Below are positions 1 through 9,303 of a stretch of 36,810 nt of DNA, one piece after another (positions within the stretch are counted from its first letter, which is position 1; each line of letters opens with the position of its first letter). This DNA comes from Acidimicrobiia bacterium (lineage in GTDB: Bacteria; Actinomycetota; Acidimicrobiia; Spongiisociales; JAENVV01), in the NCBI GenBank assembly GCA_041577335.1, contig JBFGJH010000029.1, positions 1 through 36,810 on the forward strand, written 5' to 3'. The notes under the pieces were generated by a model. That model searched no databases and was not told where the DNA came from. It worked only from the letters and a program-made list of their open reading frames with translations. The translations under genes and the position numbers were made by a program.

Positions 1-407
1 GCCATGACGACTCCAAATCCCATCAGGCCCCACGCCACGAGTAAGCCGTAGCCGAGCTTCACATTCCGTAGTGCACCGATCTTGAGACCTCGCCGTTGCA
101 TCGCTAATCGAGTCAGGATGCCCCGCCCGGCGAAGTACACGTAGACAGCACCTCCGATCATTCCAAAGTACGGCCATGCGGCAGCGTCTACTGCGAGGAG
201 CAATCCGGCGACCGCCAGGGTCCACAGCGTGAAGAAGTCCCATGCCGCCTCGCCCCGAATGTCGGCCCAGTAAGTCGGTTCGACATCTTCCTCGCGTTCC
301 ATCAACGAGAGGGCCTGTGCGGTGTCAGGCGCCAACCAGCTGATCGTCTGACCGCCCCATGCCAGAAGTGCCAGCCCAAGCACGACAAGGCCCCAAACGA
401 TATTCAT
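1..407 (-). CDS. Hypothetical membrane protein (runs off the window; 3' end missing)
   Basis: Not in the ORF track. Manual translation MNIVWGLVVLGLALLAWGGQTISWLAP...YFGMIGGAVYVYFAGRG... is open to position 1, with several hydrophobic helices and GGGAGG SD 7 nt before the ATG at 407. Confidence 0.75.
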   Translation of the reverse strand, partial: MNIVWGLVVLGLALLAWGGQTISWLAPDTAQALSLMEREEDVEPTYWADIRGEAAWDFFTLWTLAVAGLLLAVDAAAWPYFGMIGGAVYVYFAGRGILTRLAMQRRGLKIGALRNVKLGYGLLVAWGLMGFGVVM

Positions 408-434
408 GGGCGATCCTCCCCTACGGGTCTTCGT

Positions 435-908
435 CTAGCGCGTCTGGGTTGCATCGCTGATCCCGCCCGGGCTCCGCAAGAGACCCCAGATGGTGGCGTC
501 ATACCGCCTCAGCAGCACCGCTCCCTGGACCAAGACCAGGCCGACGTTGACCAGCACGTATGGCCAGGCCAGGAATGGCATGATTGCCAGGACCCAGGCA
601 AGCGAAGCAAAGACTCCCCAATCGACAAACCGATCACGACTGAGGATGAGAATGCCGACAGCCACCTCGAACACGATGATGAGCGTCATGAACAACGTGC
701 CGTTCGGCGCAAAGACATCCGTAATGAAATCTGCCAGGAACCCAAACCAAGCGCCGTCGGCATAGCCCGAAAACGTCGCGGGCTCATCACTGATCGGGAG
801 CGTGTATGCCGTGTTGAATACGGCGGCGCCCAAGTAGACGATGCCGCCAACGAACGCTCGCCAGGCATTCCACGCTGTGTTGCCAATCGCTCTCGAATTG
901 GATTTCAT
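435..908 (-). CDS. Hypothetical membrane protein (~4 TM)
   Basis: MKSNSRAIGNTAW... follows a strong AGGAGGAG SD; has hydrophobic segments; probably co-transcribed with the 1..407 gene. Confidence 0.7.
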   Translation of the reverse strand: MKSNSRAIGNTAWNAWRAFVGGIVYLGAAVFNTAYTLPISDEPATFSGYADGAWFGFLADFITDVFAPNGTLFMTLIIVFEVAVGILILSRDRFVDWGVFASLAWVLAIMPFLAWPYVLVNVGLVLVQGAVLLRRYDATIWGLLRSPGGISDATQTR

Positions 909-1147
909 GGGCTCCTCCTGACTCTCCGGGCGACCTGGGCAAGGCGTCGAAGTCAGCAAATGCGCCGCAATCCACGAGGCCGCCACTCAATTCACAGCTT
1001 CGCTGCTGACAGGCCTTGTTGTGCTGATGATCCTGCCGGCCATCTCCGGCCGCCAGAGCATTTGATCCCGTTTTCGTGGGACCTACGCGGCTCCGAAGGG
1101 CGTCTCCTCGGATGCCACCTATAGCCGGACTGTTGGTCGAGTCGGCG

Positions 1148-1972
1148 TCAGGAGTAGCGGTATGAGCGAGCTTGTGAAAGACCGAGAACGATGAAGAAGA
1201 GCACAATCGGCACAACAGCCATGGTGGCTGAGCCCGACGTGTTGGCATGGAAGCTGATGATGAGGCCGACGGCCACGCTCAGCACCCCGATCGCAGCGCT
1301 GGTGATCATCATCAGCGGGACCCGTCGAACCATCAGCGCTGCTGTTGCCGGCGGCCCCACGAGTAGGCCGAATACCAGCAATGCGCCGATGGTCTGAAAC
1401 GAGCCGACGATGGCAAGGGTGATGAGCACCAACAGGGCGGCATTGGCAAACCGAGGTCGAAGCCCGAGCAGCTGTGCCTTTTGTTCGTTGAACGCTAGAA
1501 CGAGGAATGAACGATAGAGAAGAACCGACAATGCGATCACGATTGCCGTCACTATCGCAAGCACGGTGATATCGCCAACCGTCACGCCCAGCGCGTCACC
1601 GAACAGAATGCCGGTGAGGCTTCCGGTGTATGAGGCAGTTCTCGAGATGAGAATCACGCCCAGACCGAGCATCCCGACGAAAAGGAGGCCTATTCCTGTG
1701 TCCTCGGAGAACACCGTCTGGCGATGCACGAGGTTGATACCGGCGATCATCACAACCGCCGCCAGGACGGCCCCGACCAGCACGTTGAAGTCCAACAGAA
1801 TCGCCAATGCGATCCCCGGCACGACCCCATGCACCAAAGCGTCTCCGAGGAACGACATGCCCCGGATGACGACCCACGTGCCCACGACGGAGCTTGCCAA
1901 CGCGGCAAAAATGCCGCCGATCAGGGCTCGCTGCTGGAAGGCCAGCTCAAAGGGGTCCGTCAACCACTCCAT
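1148..1972 (-). CDS. aztB: Zn/Mn ABC transporter permease (ABC-3 family, AztB/ZnuB-like)
   Basis: Motifs GTWVVIRGMSFLGDALVHGVVPG, EDTGIG, LFGD and GALLVFGLLVGPPATA; next to zur and an ABC ATPase. Confidence 0.9.
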   Translation of the reverse strand: MEWLTDPFELAFQQRALIGGIFAALASSVVGTWVVIRGMSFLGDALVHGVVPGIALAILLDFNVLVGAVLAAVVMIAGINLVHRQTVFSEDTGIGLLFVGMLGLGVILISRTASYTGSLTGILFGDALGVTVGDITVLAIVTAIVIALSVLLYRSFLVLAFNEQKAQLLGLRPRFANAALLVLITLAIVGSFQTIGALLVFGLLVGPPATAALMVRRVPLMMITSAAIGVLSVAVGLIISFHANTSGSATMAVVPIVLFFIVLGLSQARSYRYS

Positions 1973-2017
1973 GGCTCCGTCCTGCTCGGATTGCGAGGTC
2001 TCATCCCCCAGCCTAAA

Positions 2018-2034
2018 ATGAGAATCGTTCTTAT
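2018..2034. promoter_or_regulatory. Putative Zur/Fur-family operator
   Basis: AT-rich imperfect palindrome ATGAGAA-TCG-TTCTTAT in the aztB/zur intergenic region; overlaps the + strand -10-like TAAAAT (2014-2019). Confidence 0.7.
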
Positions 2035-2064
2035 CACGGGAAACGCTACTCAGCCGGGGCCGCC

Positions 2065-2502
2065 ATGACAAGCCCGCAACTCGAAAGCCAGATCCGGCAT
2101 CATCTCGCTGTTCACGGTGTGCGATACACCCGTGGCCGCAAGACCGTGGTGGCGGCCCTGGGTGGGTCCGACGGACCCCTCTCTGCAGCGGAGTTGTATG
2201 ACCAGCTGGAGGGCACGGTACCTCTCTCTTCTCTGTATCGCTCCCTCGCCGTGCTGGCTGAGGCAGGAGTCCTGTCACCCCACCACGGCACCAAAGGGCT
2301 CACTCGCTACGAGCTGGCCGAGTGGCTGATGGGGCACCATCACCATCTCGTGTGCATCGACTGCGGGGCGGTGGACGATGTCCAGTTGCCGCCCGATCTG
2401 GAAACGACTCTCGAGACCCTCGTCGCGACGGTTGCCGAGGATCGGTTTGTGGCCACGGGTCACGCGCTCGAGATCGACGGGCTGTGCGCGGCGTGCGCAT
2501 GA
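2065..2502 (+). CDS. zur: Fur-family transcriptional regulator, probably zinc uptake regulator
   Basis: N-terminal wHTH (SSLYRSL), HHHHLVCIDCG and C-terminal CAAC motifs; flanked by metal ABC genes. Confidence 0.88.
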   Translation: MTSPQLESQIRHHLAVHGVRYTRGRKTVVAALGGSDGPLSAAELYDQLEGTVPLSSLYRSLAVLAEAGVLSPHHGTKGLTRYELAEWLMGHHHHLVCIDCGAVDDVQLPPDLETTLETLVATVAEDRFVATGHALEIDGLCAACA

Positions 2503-3335
2503 CCAGGCCCGCCGTCCAAGCCTCAGACATCGTCTGCGCCTATGGCGACCACGTCGCCCTCGAACGATCGAGTTTCCGGATACCGGCCGGTGCGATCACA
2601 GCACTCATCGGTCCCAATGGGTCAGGGAAGTCGACGCTCCTCAACGCCATTGCCGGTCTCGTGGAGCCCGTCACTGGATCATTGCAAGTTGAAGCGGCGG
2701 GAAGAAGGCTCGCTCGGATCTCCTATGTGCTTCAGGGAACCAAGGTGAATGACGCTCTCCCCGTCACGGCGCGCGAAGTCGTGGCGATGGGTCGATACGC
2801 CGCCAAGAGCCCGTGGGAACGTCTGAATGCAGACGACCGTGCCGCAGTGGACGATGCGCTAGACCGTATGGGTATCGTCGATCTCGCCAACCGCCATCTC
2901 TCCGAGTTGTCGGGCGGCCAGCGGCAACGCGTCTTCGTTGCCCAGGGCCTGGCGCAGGACCACGACGTCCTCCTGCTCGACGAGCCAGTTACCGGCCTCG
3001 ACCTCGTCTCGGCCCAAGCCATCGACGACGTCATCCACGATGAACATGCCCGCGGCTGCACGGTGGTCATGACGACGCACGACCTCGCCGAAGCACGAGT
3101 CGCTGATCATGTCCTGCTGCTCTCCGGACGCGTCGTGGCGTGGGGCCCGCCGAGCGACGTTCTCACAATCGACAACCTCACGGCTGCCTATGGCGCCAGC
3201 GTGCTCCATATCGACGGCGAGCGTCTGTTCCTCGACGACCCGCACCACAACCCGGTTGACGCCCGCCATAGCCACGAGCGCACCATTCATGTCGAGACAT
3301 CGTCGTCGGACCCACATCCACCCCACCGGCATTAG
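2499..3335 (+). CDS. Metal ABC transporter ATP-binding protein (AztA/ZnuC-like) with His-rich tail
   Basis: Walker A GPNGSGKST, signature LSGGQRQR, Walker B LLLDEP, TTHD; ATGA overlap with zur. Confidence 0.92.
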   Translation: MTRPAVQASDIVCAYGDHVALERSSFRIPAGAITALIGPNGSGKSTLLNAIAGLVEPVTGSLQVEAAGRRLARISYVLQGTKVNDALPVTAREVVAMGRYAAKSPWERLNADDRAAVDDALDRMGIVDLANRHLSELSGGQRQRVFVAQGLAQDHDVLLLDEPVTGLDLVSAQAIDDVIHDEHARGCTVVMTTHDLAEARVADHVLLLSGRVVAWGPPSDVLTIDNLTAAYGASVLHIDGERLFLDDPHHNPVDARHSHERTIHVETSSSDPHPPHRH

Positions 3336-3440
3336 CGGCGGGGATTCACATCGCATCGGACTCTGAGGGCAGGACGCTCCGCTCCTCACCAACCCCAGTC
3401 ACGGAGACGTGCGCACGTCGGGCGCTTCATCTCGGACAGG

Positions 3441-4322
3441 TCACGCGTCGGCCGCGCTTGCAGACGGCACTGGGCGCTGGCTCGCACCGTAGGCAACCGC
3501 GACAAGTACCAATGCGCCACCGATGACCGTCGTTGCGGGCGGAGATTCATCGAGAAACAGCCATGCCCAGGTCGTCGCCGCAACCGTCTCGACTGGTGTG
3601 AAGAGACTCACCTGCGCCGTTGACAGGTACCGAGTCGCAGACGCGATAGCGATCCGGCCGGCCGGCCCCACAATCCCACCCAGGACCGCCAATATCAGCA
3701 TTGCCCGCAACCCGAGACCCAACGGATCGGCCGGGACGACCGCCACCACAGCCATGGCGAGGCCGCCAAGACCCACCGCAGCCATACGATTGATCGACGG
3801 ATACCTCCGCCACAACGTGAGGTTGCCGGAAAAGGCCAGAATCGCTGTAACTGCCGCCAAGTCGCCTTCGATCCGGCCCTCCCCCAAGGAGCCGGACACG
3901 ACGATCAGGATCCCCATGATCGACGTGAGAATGGCCAGCCAGACACGGGCGGTCGTGCGCTCGCCGATGAAGTAGCGAGCCAACACTGCTGCCACCACGG
4001 GAGCCGCCGCCACGATGACGACGGTGTTCGAGACTGTTGTCGCGTTGATCGCCACGATGAAGAAGGCTGTGCTGGCTGCTTGGAGCAGGCCTGAGAAGAC
4101 GGTTGGCGCCCCGTCGTCCGCGACGATGCGCCAGAGCGGCTTCTTGGTCAGCGTGGGAATGAGCACGAGCATCGCCACGAACGTGAACGCCCCGAACCAA
4201 AACGCGATGTCCCAGGTTGGGGCGTCAGCCAGTCGGATCCCAAGAGAATCGAGGCTCACCGCCAACATGCCGCTGGCGGCGAGAACCACCCCGCGACGAT
4301 GGCTTGCGCTTTGCGTCGGCAT
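3441..4322 (-). CDS. DMT/EamA family transporter
   Basis: About 10 TM segments in two EamA-like halves (…FIGER…, …FLDESP…GGALVL); CATACT -10-like hexamer 7 nt before the ATG. Confidence 0.85.
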   Translation of the reverse strand: MPTQSASHRRGVVLAASGMLAVSLDSLGIRLADAPTWDIAFWFGAFTFVAMLVLIPTLTKKPLWRIVADDGAPTVFSGLLQAASTAFFIVAINATTVSNTVVIVAAAPVVAAVLARYFIGERTTARVWLAILTSIMGILIVVSGSLGEGRIEGDLAAVTAILAFSGNLTLWRRYPSINRMAAVGLGGLAMAVVAVVPADPLGLGLRAMLILAVLGGIVGPAGRIAIASATRYLSTAQVSLFTPVETVAATTWAWLFLDESPPATTVIGGALVLVAVAYGASQRPVPSASAADA

Positions 4323-4460
4323 GGCGAAGAGTATGGCCCACCCGGGCCCCGGAGACCGGACACAACGGAGACGTGGGACAATGGCTCGCAGCAGTCGCAA
4401 GCCGCCATCGGCGATGCATGTGGGTGCCTTGACGCCCTCCGGGGCTGAGCGCACCGGCGA

Positions 4461-5102
4461 TCAAGTTCGTTCGTCGTTCCACCGTTGCAACAGATCGAGC
4501 GCTTGCACCAGATTTGGCGCCGTGGTGATCTCGGGCGGAAAGCTCGACCGGCTGTTGTTGGTGACCCCGATGAAGGCGACGCCGGCTGCGGCCGCCGCCT
4601 CGGCGTCCCACAGCGAGTCCCCGATCATCACCGTCTCAGCAGCTTCAGCGCCAATGCTCTCGAGTGCGACGAGCAGCTGGTCTGGTGCGGGCTTCGGACG
4701 GAGGTCGGGGCGGCGGCCTATGGCTGGCTCGATCGGTGCATCGTGCGCAACCAAGACAGCGCGTGCTACGGATGCGGGCAGAAGAGTCACGACGGCCCGT
4801 CGCCGGTTGGCCGTTCGCCGAAGTGCGTCTTCCAGGCCAGGCATGGGAACCGAACGGGCAATGGCCGAGCGTTCGTGACGTTCGATCGTATCAGAGACCT
4901 CAGCCCACCGGGGATCGCCACTCAAGGCAACGAGGACGCCCATGCAACGGTGAGTAGGCCGGTCCCAGTCCGTTGCGGGCGTCGGCACGTCGGCCCAGCC
5001 CCCGATCAGGGCCTCCACCTCGCGAAGCGCTGCGGCGTAATCGGTGTATGTCTGCAGATCGACGAGCGTCCTGTCCAAATCGAAGAGCACTGCCATATCC
5101 AT
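4461..5102 (-). CDS. HAD-family hydrolase (phosphoglycolate phosphatase-like)
   Basis: Motif I FDLDRTL, motif III KPAPD, motif IV MIGDSLWD. Confidence 0.85.
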   Translation of the reverse strand: MDMAVLFDLDRTLVDLQTYTDYAAALREVEALIGGWADVPTPATDWDRPTHRCMGVLVALSGDPRWAEVSDTIERHERSAIARSVPMPGLEDALRRTANRRRAVVTLLPASVARAVLVAHDAPIEPAIGRRPDLRPKPAPDQLLVALESIGAEAAETVMIGDSLWDAEAAAAAGVAFIGVTNNSRSSFPPEITTAPNLVQALDLLQRWNDERT

Positions 5103-5219
5103 GGCAATCGACGCTAGCGGAGACCTTCCGGCCGCCTGGTCGCCCACACCACCTAGGAAGCGCAACCGTCGCACGCGACTCCCAGCCGCAGGACCGATTG
5201 CGACGACTAGGTTCGGCGG

Positions 5220-5417
5220 TTGAGTGTTGTCTCCAAACGTCACGTTTTCTCGTTCGACGATCTCGGTACCCCGATCGACAACATCGCAGGATTGACGTTC
5301 GGGCCCCGCCTCGCCGATGGGCGCCAGACGCTGGTGATCGTGAGCGACAACAACTTCTCACCCGGCCAATTCACACAATTCGGCGTGCTCGCCGCCAACA
5401 TTCAACCGACCGACTGA
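5220..5417 (+). pseudogene. C-terminal remnant of an esterase-like/phytase-like beta-propeller protein
   Basis: DNIAGLTFGPRLADGRQTLVIVSDNNFSPGQFTQF resembles the conserved C-terminus DN(I/L)EG..GP.L.DG..L..VSDNNF...Q.TQ; in-frame TAG at 5208-5210, only 65 codons. Confidence 0.6.
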
Positions 5418-5451
5418 GGCCCGCTGCAACGCCCCTCGTCTCCGAAACGGC

Positions 5452-5895
5452 CTAAGTGTCTCCGCCGTAGGCATCATCCAACGCGCCGGGATCGGCAGGC
5501 ACGTCCACTGCGTACTCCTGCAACACATCAAGCGGAATCAGCTCCAGAACGGCCGCGTTCGAGGCGGCCAGGACGACTGGCGCCGCTGCGCCGTCAAAGT
5601 GAGCCCGCAGCCAGTTGCGGGCGGTCACACACCAACGGTCCCCGGGCACGATGCCGGGAAACCGATACTCGGGCATCGGAGTTGAGAGGTCGTTGCCGAT
5701 CCGCGCCTGGTGATCGAGAAACTCCTGCGTCACCACAGCGCAGATCGAGTGGCTACCGATGTCGCGTTCGTCGGTGTGGCACGCCCCGTCACGAAAGAAC
5801 CCCGTCAGCGGTTCCTTACTGCATTGCTCGAGTGCGCCTCCGAGCACGTTGGTGGCCACATCAGGGCCCTCTCGGCCAGTACGGTCAGCCGGCAT
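5452..5895 (-). CDS. DUF2237 family protein (alternative GTG start at 5859)
   Basis: Characteristic NVLGG.L..CS..PLTGFFRDG.C.T...D.GSH.ICA and GNDLSTP...FPG..PGDRWC pattern. Confidence 0.88.
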   Translation of the reverse strand: MPADRTGREGPDVATNVLGGALEQCSKEPLTGFFRDGACHTDERDIGSHSICAVVTQEFLDHQARIGNDLSTPMPEYRFPGIVPGDRWCVTARNWLRAHFDGAAAPVVLAASNAAVLELIPLDVLQEYAVDVPADPGALDDAYGGDT

Positions 5896-5913
5896 CTTCG
5901 GAACCAGCGCTTT

Positions 5914-6456
5914 CTAGTCGGTGCTCTGCCGGATCATGAGGAGAGAGACCGGGCACCGTCTGGCGATCTTGGTGCCGGTCGACCCCAAGAGCCCTTCGAA
6001 CCGTCCCGATCCGTGGCTGCCCATTACGACCAGCTCTGCCTGCCACGCTTCCACAAAAGCGAGAATGGTCTTGGCGGTCTTGTTGTCGGTGGTCGTCCAT
6101 GTCGCTTCTGCCTTGATCCCTCTTTCTTTCAAGGCAGCCACCATCGGCTCGGTGCGATCGACGGCTGAAGCGTGAAATGCCTTCATGAGGGGCGAATCGA
6201 CCGGCGGATCCTTGAGGGGATGGGGACGAGCCAGCTGCTCGGCCGCTCGATCTCCAGCGGTGAAACCCTGCCCTGCTTCGAGAGCGATGGTGGATGCTTC
6301 CTTGACGCCGCTGTCACCGAGGTTGCGAAGAAAATCGGTCGGAACGTTGAGCGCTGTGAACACGGTCACGGCATCGCCATCTTGGTACCACCGCGCGATG
6401 GCGTCGGCCGCTTTGTCTACATCGAGGGTGCCGTCGGTGGCAAGGAGAATATTCAT
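5914..6456 (-). CDS. Universal stress protein (UspA family)
   Basis: N-terminal ILLATDG; C-terminal LVVMGSHGSGRFEGLLGSTGTKIARRCPVSLLMI. Confidence 0.9.
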   Translation of the reverse strand: MNILLATDGTLDVDKAADAIARWYQDGDAVTVFTALNVPTDFLRNLGDSGVKEASTIALEAGQGFTAGDRAAEQLARPHPLKDPPVDSPLMKAFHASAVDRTEPMVAALKERGIKAEATWTTTDNKTAKTILAFVEAWQAELVVMGSHGSGRFEGLLGSTGTKIARRCPVSLLMIRQSTD

Positions 6457-6644
6457 GGCGGTGGCCCTTTCGGCGTGACTCGTCAATATGGTAGGCGTTT
6501 GCGCCGGTCGCCTGCGCGCGGCCGGGACGTCTTGTCCGAAACCTGACGCACCAGGACGTCGCGACTCTCTCTTTCACGGCTGCGTCAGCCGGTTCTCACG
6601 TCCTTCGCAGAGCAGAGAATGTGCGCTTCGGCGGGAATGGTCAC

Positions 6645-7868
6645 CTACGCCGCACGGCTGACGGGTCCTTCAGCCGAGGGAGCACGCCACAGCTTGAGAT
6701 ACCACACACACAGAGCCATCATCACCACAGTCAGGACCAGCACCGGTCCTCGGAAACTGGCGGTTTGTTCGATCCACCAGCCTGCCAGCGAATTGCCGGC
6801 CGCTCCACCGAGTGCAGCACCGACCAGGCCGAGCGACACCACCCGCATCGCGTCTCCGGGCGCGAATCGTTCGTTGGCAATGGCCCCGGTCAGTCCCCAG
6901 ATCGGGTAGTTCATGAACGCAAAGCCGATTGCCGCCGCGACGAGCCCGAAATAGCTCCAGGTCGCAACCAGCACAATGAGTCCCGCGCAGTAGGCGACCG
7001 CGCCGATCGTGAGTGCCCGTAGCGGCGTCTGGCGGTCTCCGACACGGCCCAGAATTGGTCCGGCCAACGCTCCCAGCCCACCGATCAACCACCAGATCAT
7101 GCCCGTCGCCAGGGCGCTGGCCTCGAGCTCGTCGAGTGCCGTCGCAGTGAGAAACGTGCTGAAAGGAAAACCCGCAGCACCGGCGACGAGCCCGGCCGCT
7201 ACCACAACCCGGCCTGGCCTGAGTGCCAAGGTTCGCCGAAAGGCGCCGCGCCGACGTCCACCGGTCATGGGCGCACGAGCAACGGTACCCCGGACGACAA
7301 TGAGCCCCGCAACGGTGGCAACCAGCGCCAGCAGCGCTGCGAGGGCAAACGAAACCCGCCACGAATGGAGCGTGCTCGAGGTTCGAACCAGAACGCCGTT
7401 GAGGAGCACCCCGACGGCGGCGCCGCTCGAAGCTCCGGACATCACCACGGCCCGTGAGCCGACCGGAACTCTCACACCGGCAATATGAATCGTCGCTGAC
7501 CACGACACCGGCGCACTGAAACCCATGATCACCGTCGCGATCGCGAGCGCCACAACCGACCCGGCCAATGCCGCCAGTGCCAAACCCAATCCCGAAAGGG
7601 CGTAGCTGGCGGCCAGCGCGCCCCGATTCGGCACGCGATCGAGGATCCAGCCTGCTGCTGTCGCTCCGACGGAATAGGCAACGAGTCCGGCCGCCACGAC
7701 CGCCCCGAGGCTGCCATAGCCCGCCCCGAGCTCGGCGGCGATGAATACCAGCATCGCCGGCACCAACGACAGGCCGAATCCGTGTGTCACGAGCGTGCCG
7801 AATCCGAGCGCAAGAGTCGCCCGGACGGGGCGCAGGTCCGTGGCAGCGTGAGAGTCGGTCGTGGCCAA
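6645..7868 (-). CDS. MFS transporter (YbfB/YjiJ-like)
   Basis: About 12 TM segments; motif-A-like GWILDRVPNR and GRVGDRQ. Start approximate (TTG at 7868). Confidence 0.8.
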   Translation of the reverse strand: MATTDSHAATDLRPVRATLALGFGTLVTHGFGLSLVPAMLVFIAAELGAGYGSLGAVVAAGLVAYSVGATAAGWILDRVPNRGALAASYALSGLGLALAALAGSVVALAIATVIMGFSAPVSWSATIHIAGVRVPVGSRAVVMSGASSGAAVGVLLNGVLVRTSSTLHSWRVSFALAALLALVATVAGLIVVRGTVARAPMTGGRRRGAFRRTLALRPGRVVVAAGLVAGAAGFPFSTFLTATALDELEASALATGMIWWLIGGLGALAGPILGRVGDRQTPLRALTIGAVAYCAGLIVLVATWSYFGLVAAAIGFAFMNYPIWGLTGAIANERFAPGDAMRVVSLGLVGAALGGAAGNSLAGWWIEQTASFRGPVLVLTVVMMALCVWYLKLWRAPSAEGPVSRAA

Positions 7869-8082
7869 AGGGAGACGCCTCTTTCGATGTTTGAAAGTGC
7901 CTGTCCGAGACTCTATCGAGCCGATGATGAATACGGTGATCAACGCCTGACGTACGAAGTCGGGCTTTTCCGGGCGGAGACGCCGACCCCCTGTTACCCT
8001 CGAAAGCACCGGACGACACAGTTTGGCAGGCGACGAGCCGCCGGTCGGAGGATCGGAGCTTGTCTTGGCGCGGAGGAGGCGC

Positions 8083-9303
8083 ATGGCGGCCGCAGGCGAA
8101 GAGATCATCCGGCTCGAACATGTTTACAAGATTTTCGGGCCGCAACCGAACGGTCGTGCCTTCGATCTCGTGAAGTCGGGAATGGGCAAGGACGAGGTCC
8201 TGCAGCGAGCGGGACACGTCGTGGGCCTCAACGACGTCAATTTCACCGTCAACCAGGGTGAGATCTTCGTGGTGATGGGCCTGTCGGGGTCTGGCAAGTC
8301 GACTGCGATCCGTACCGTCAACAAGCTCCATGGCATCACTTCCGGTCACGTCTGGGTGGATGGCACCGATGTACAGACCCTGGACGGCAAAGAGCTCCAG
8401 GCATTTCGCCGGGAGAAGATGGGAATGGTCTTTCAGCACTTCGCGCTCTTTCCCCATCGCAATGTCATCGACAACGTCGGCTACGGGCTCAAGGTGCAGA
8501 AGGTCCCGAAAGACCAGCGCGATGCTGCCTCACTCAAAGCCCTGTCGTTGGTGGGACTGGAACCGTATGCCATGAACGCCACCCAGGAGCTGTCCGGGGG
8601 CATGCAGCAGCGGGTTGGACTGGCCCGCGCCCTCGCTTCCGATCCCGACATCCTCCTGATGGATGAGGCGTTCTCGGCGCTGGATCCGCTCATCCGCCGC
8701 CAAATGCAGGACGAGATGATGGAGATCCAAAACGAGCTTCACAAGACCATTCTCTTCATCACCCACGACCTGAACGAGGCGCTCAGGATCGGAGACCGGG
8801 TCTGCATCATGAAAGACGGCATTGTCGTCCAGATCGGCACTCCGGAAGAGATCCTCACCAAGCCGGCGACCGGATACGTCGCCGAGTTCGTGCAAGACGT
8901 CGATCAGGGCCGGGTTATCGAGGTACGCGAGATCATGGTGCCCGCCAACCCAATCGACGCGTCAATGACGATCACAGACGCGCTGATGGCTATTGGTGAT
9001 CGCTCCGGTGCATTCGTGGTGGACGAGGCAGGCAAGCCCAGCGCAGTGCTCACCCTGGCCGAGGCCGTTCGGGCAAGTACCGCCGGCGGCGACGTCGTCA
9101 GTGCCCTGCGTGACGACTTCGACCGGACCTCTCCTTCGGCCACACTCAACGAGGTATACGCGTCGGCCGGCCGAGGCGTTCCGATTGCCGTGGTCAACGA
9201 TGCCGGGCAACTCGTCGGCAATCTCGACCCACACGCCATCATGGAAGAGATGGGCAGGGTCGAAGGGCTGATCAACATGTTCGAGCGAGAGGTATTCATG
9301 TGA
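8083..9303 (+). CDS. proV: Glycine betaine/proline ABC transporter ATP-binding protein with C-terminal CBS pair
   Basis: [67 protein letters not shown]. Confidence 0.93.
   Translation: MAAAGEEIIRLEHVYKIFGPQPNGRAFDLVKSGMGKDEVLQRAGHVVGLNDVNFTVNQGEIFVVMGLSGSGKSTAIRTVNKLHGITSGHVWVDGTDVQTLDGKELQAFRREKMGMVFQHFALFPHRNVIDNVGYGLKVQKVPKDQRDAASLKALSLVGLEPYAMNATQELSGGMQQRVGLARALASDPDILLMDEAFSALDPLIRRQMQDEMMEIQNELHKTILFITHDLNEALRIGDRVCIMKDGIVVQIGTPEEILTKPATGYVAEFVQDVDQGRVIEVREIMVPANPIDASMTITDALMAIGDRSGAFVVDEAGKPSAVLTLAEAVRASTAGGDVVSALRDDFDRTSPSATLNEVYASAGRGVPIAVVNDAGQLVGNLDPHAIMEEMGRVEGLINMFEREVFM

Noticed and set aside
6670..8457. 595-aa minus-strand ORF and other long alternative ORFs (e.g. 10214..11332, 23279..24286)
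   Set aside because: Arg/Gly-rich shadow frames overlapping well-supported genes, as expected in high-GC DNA; no family motifs.
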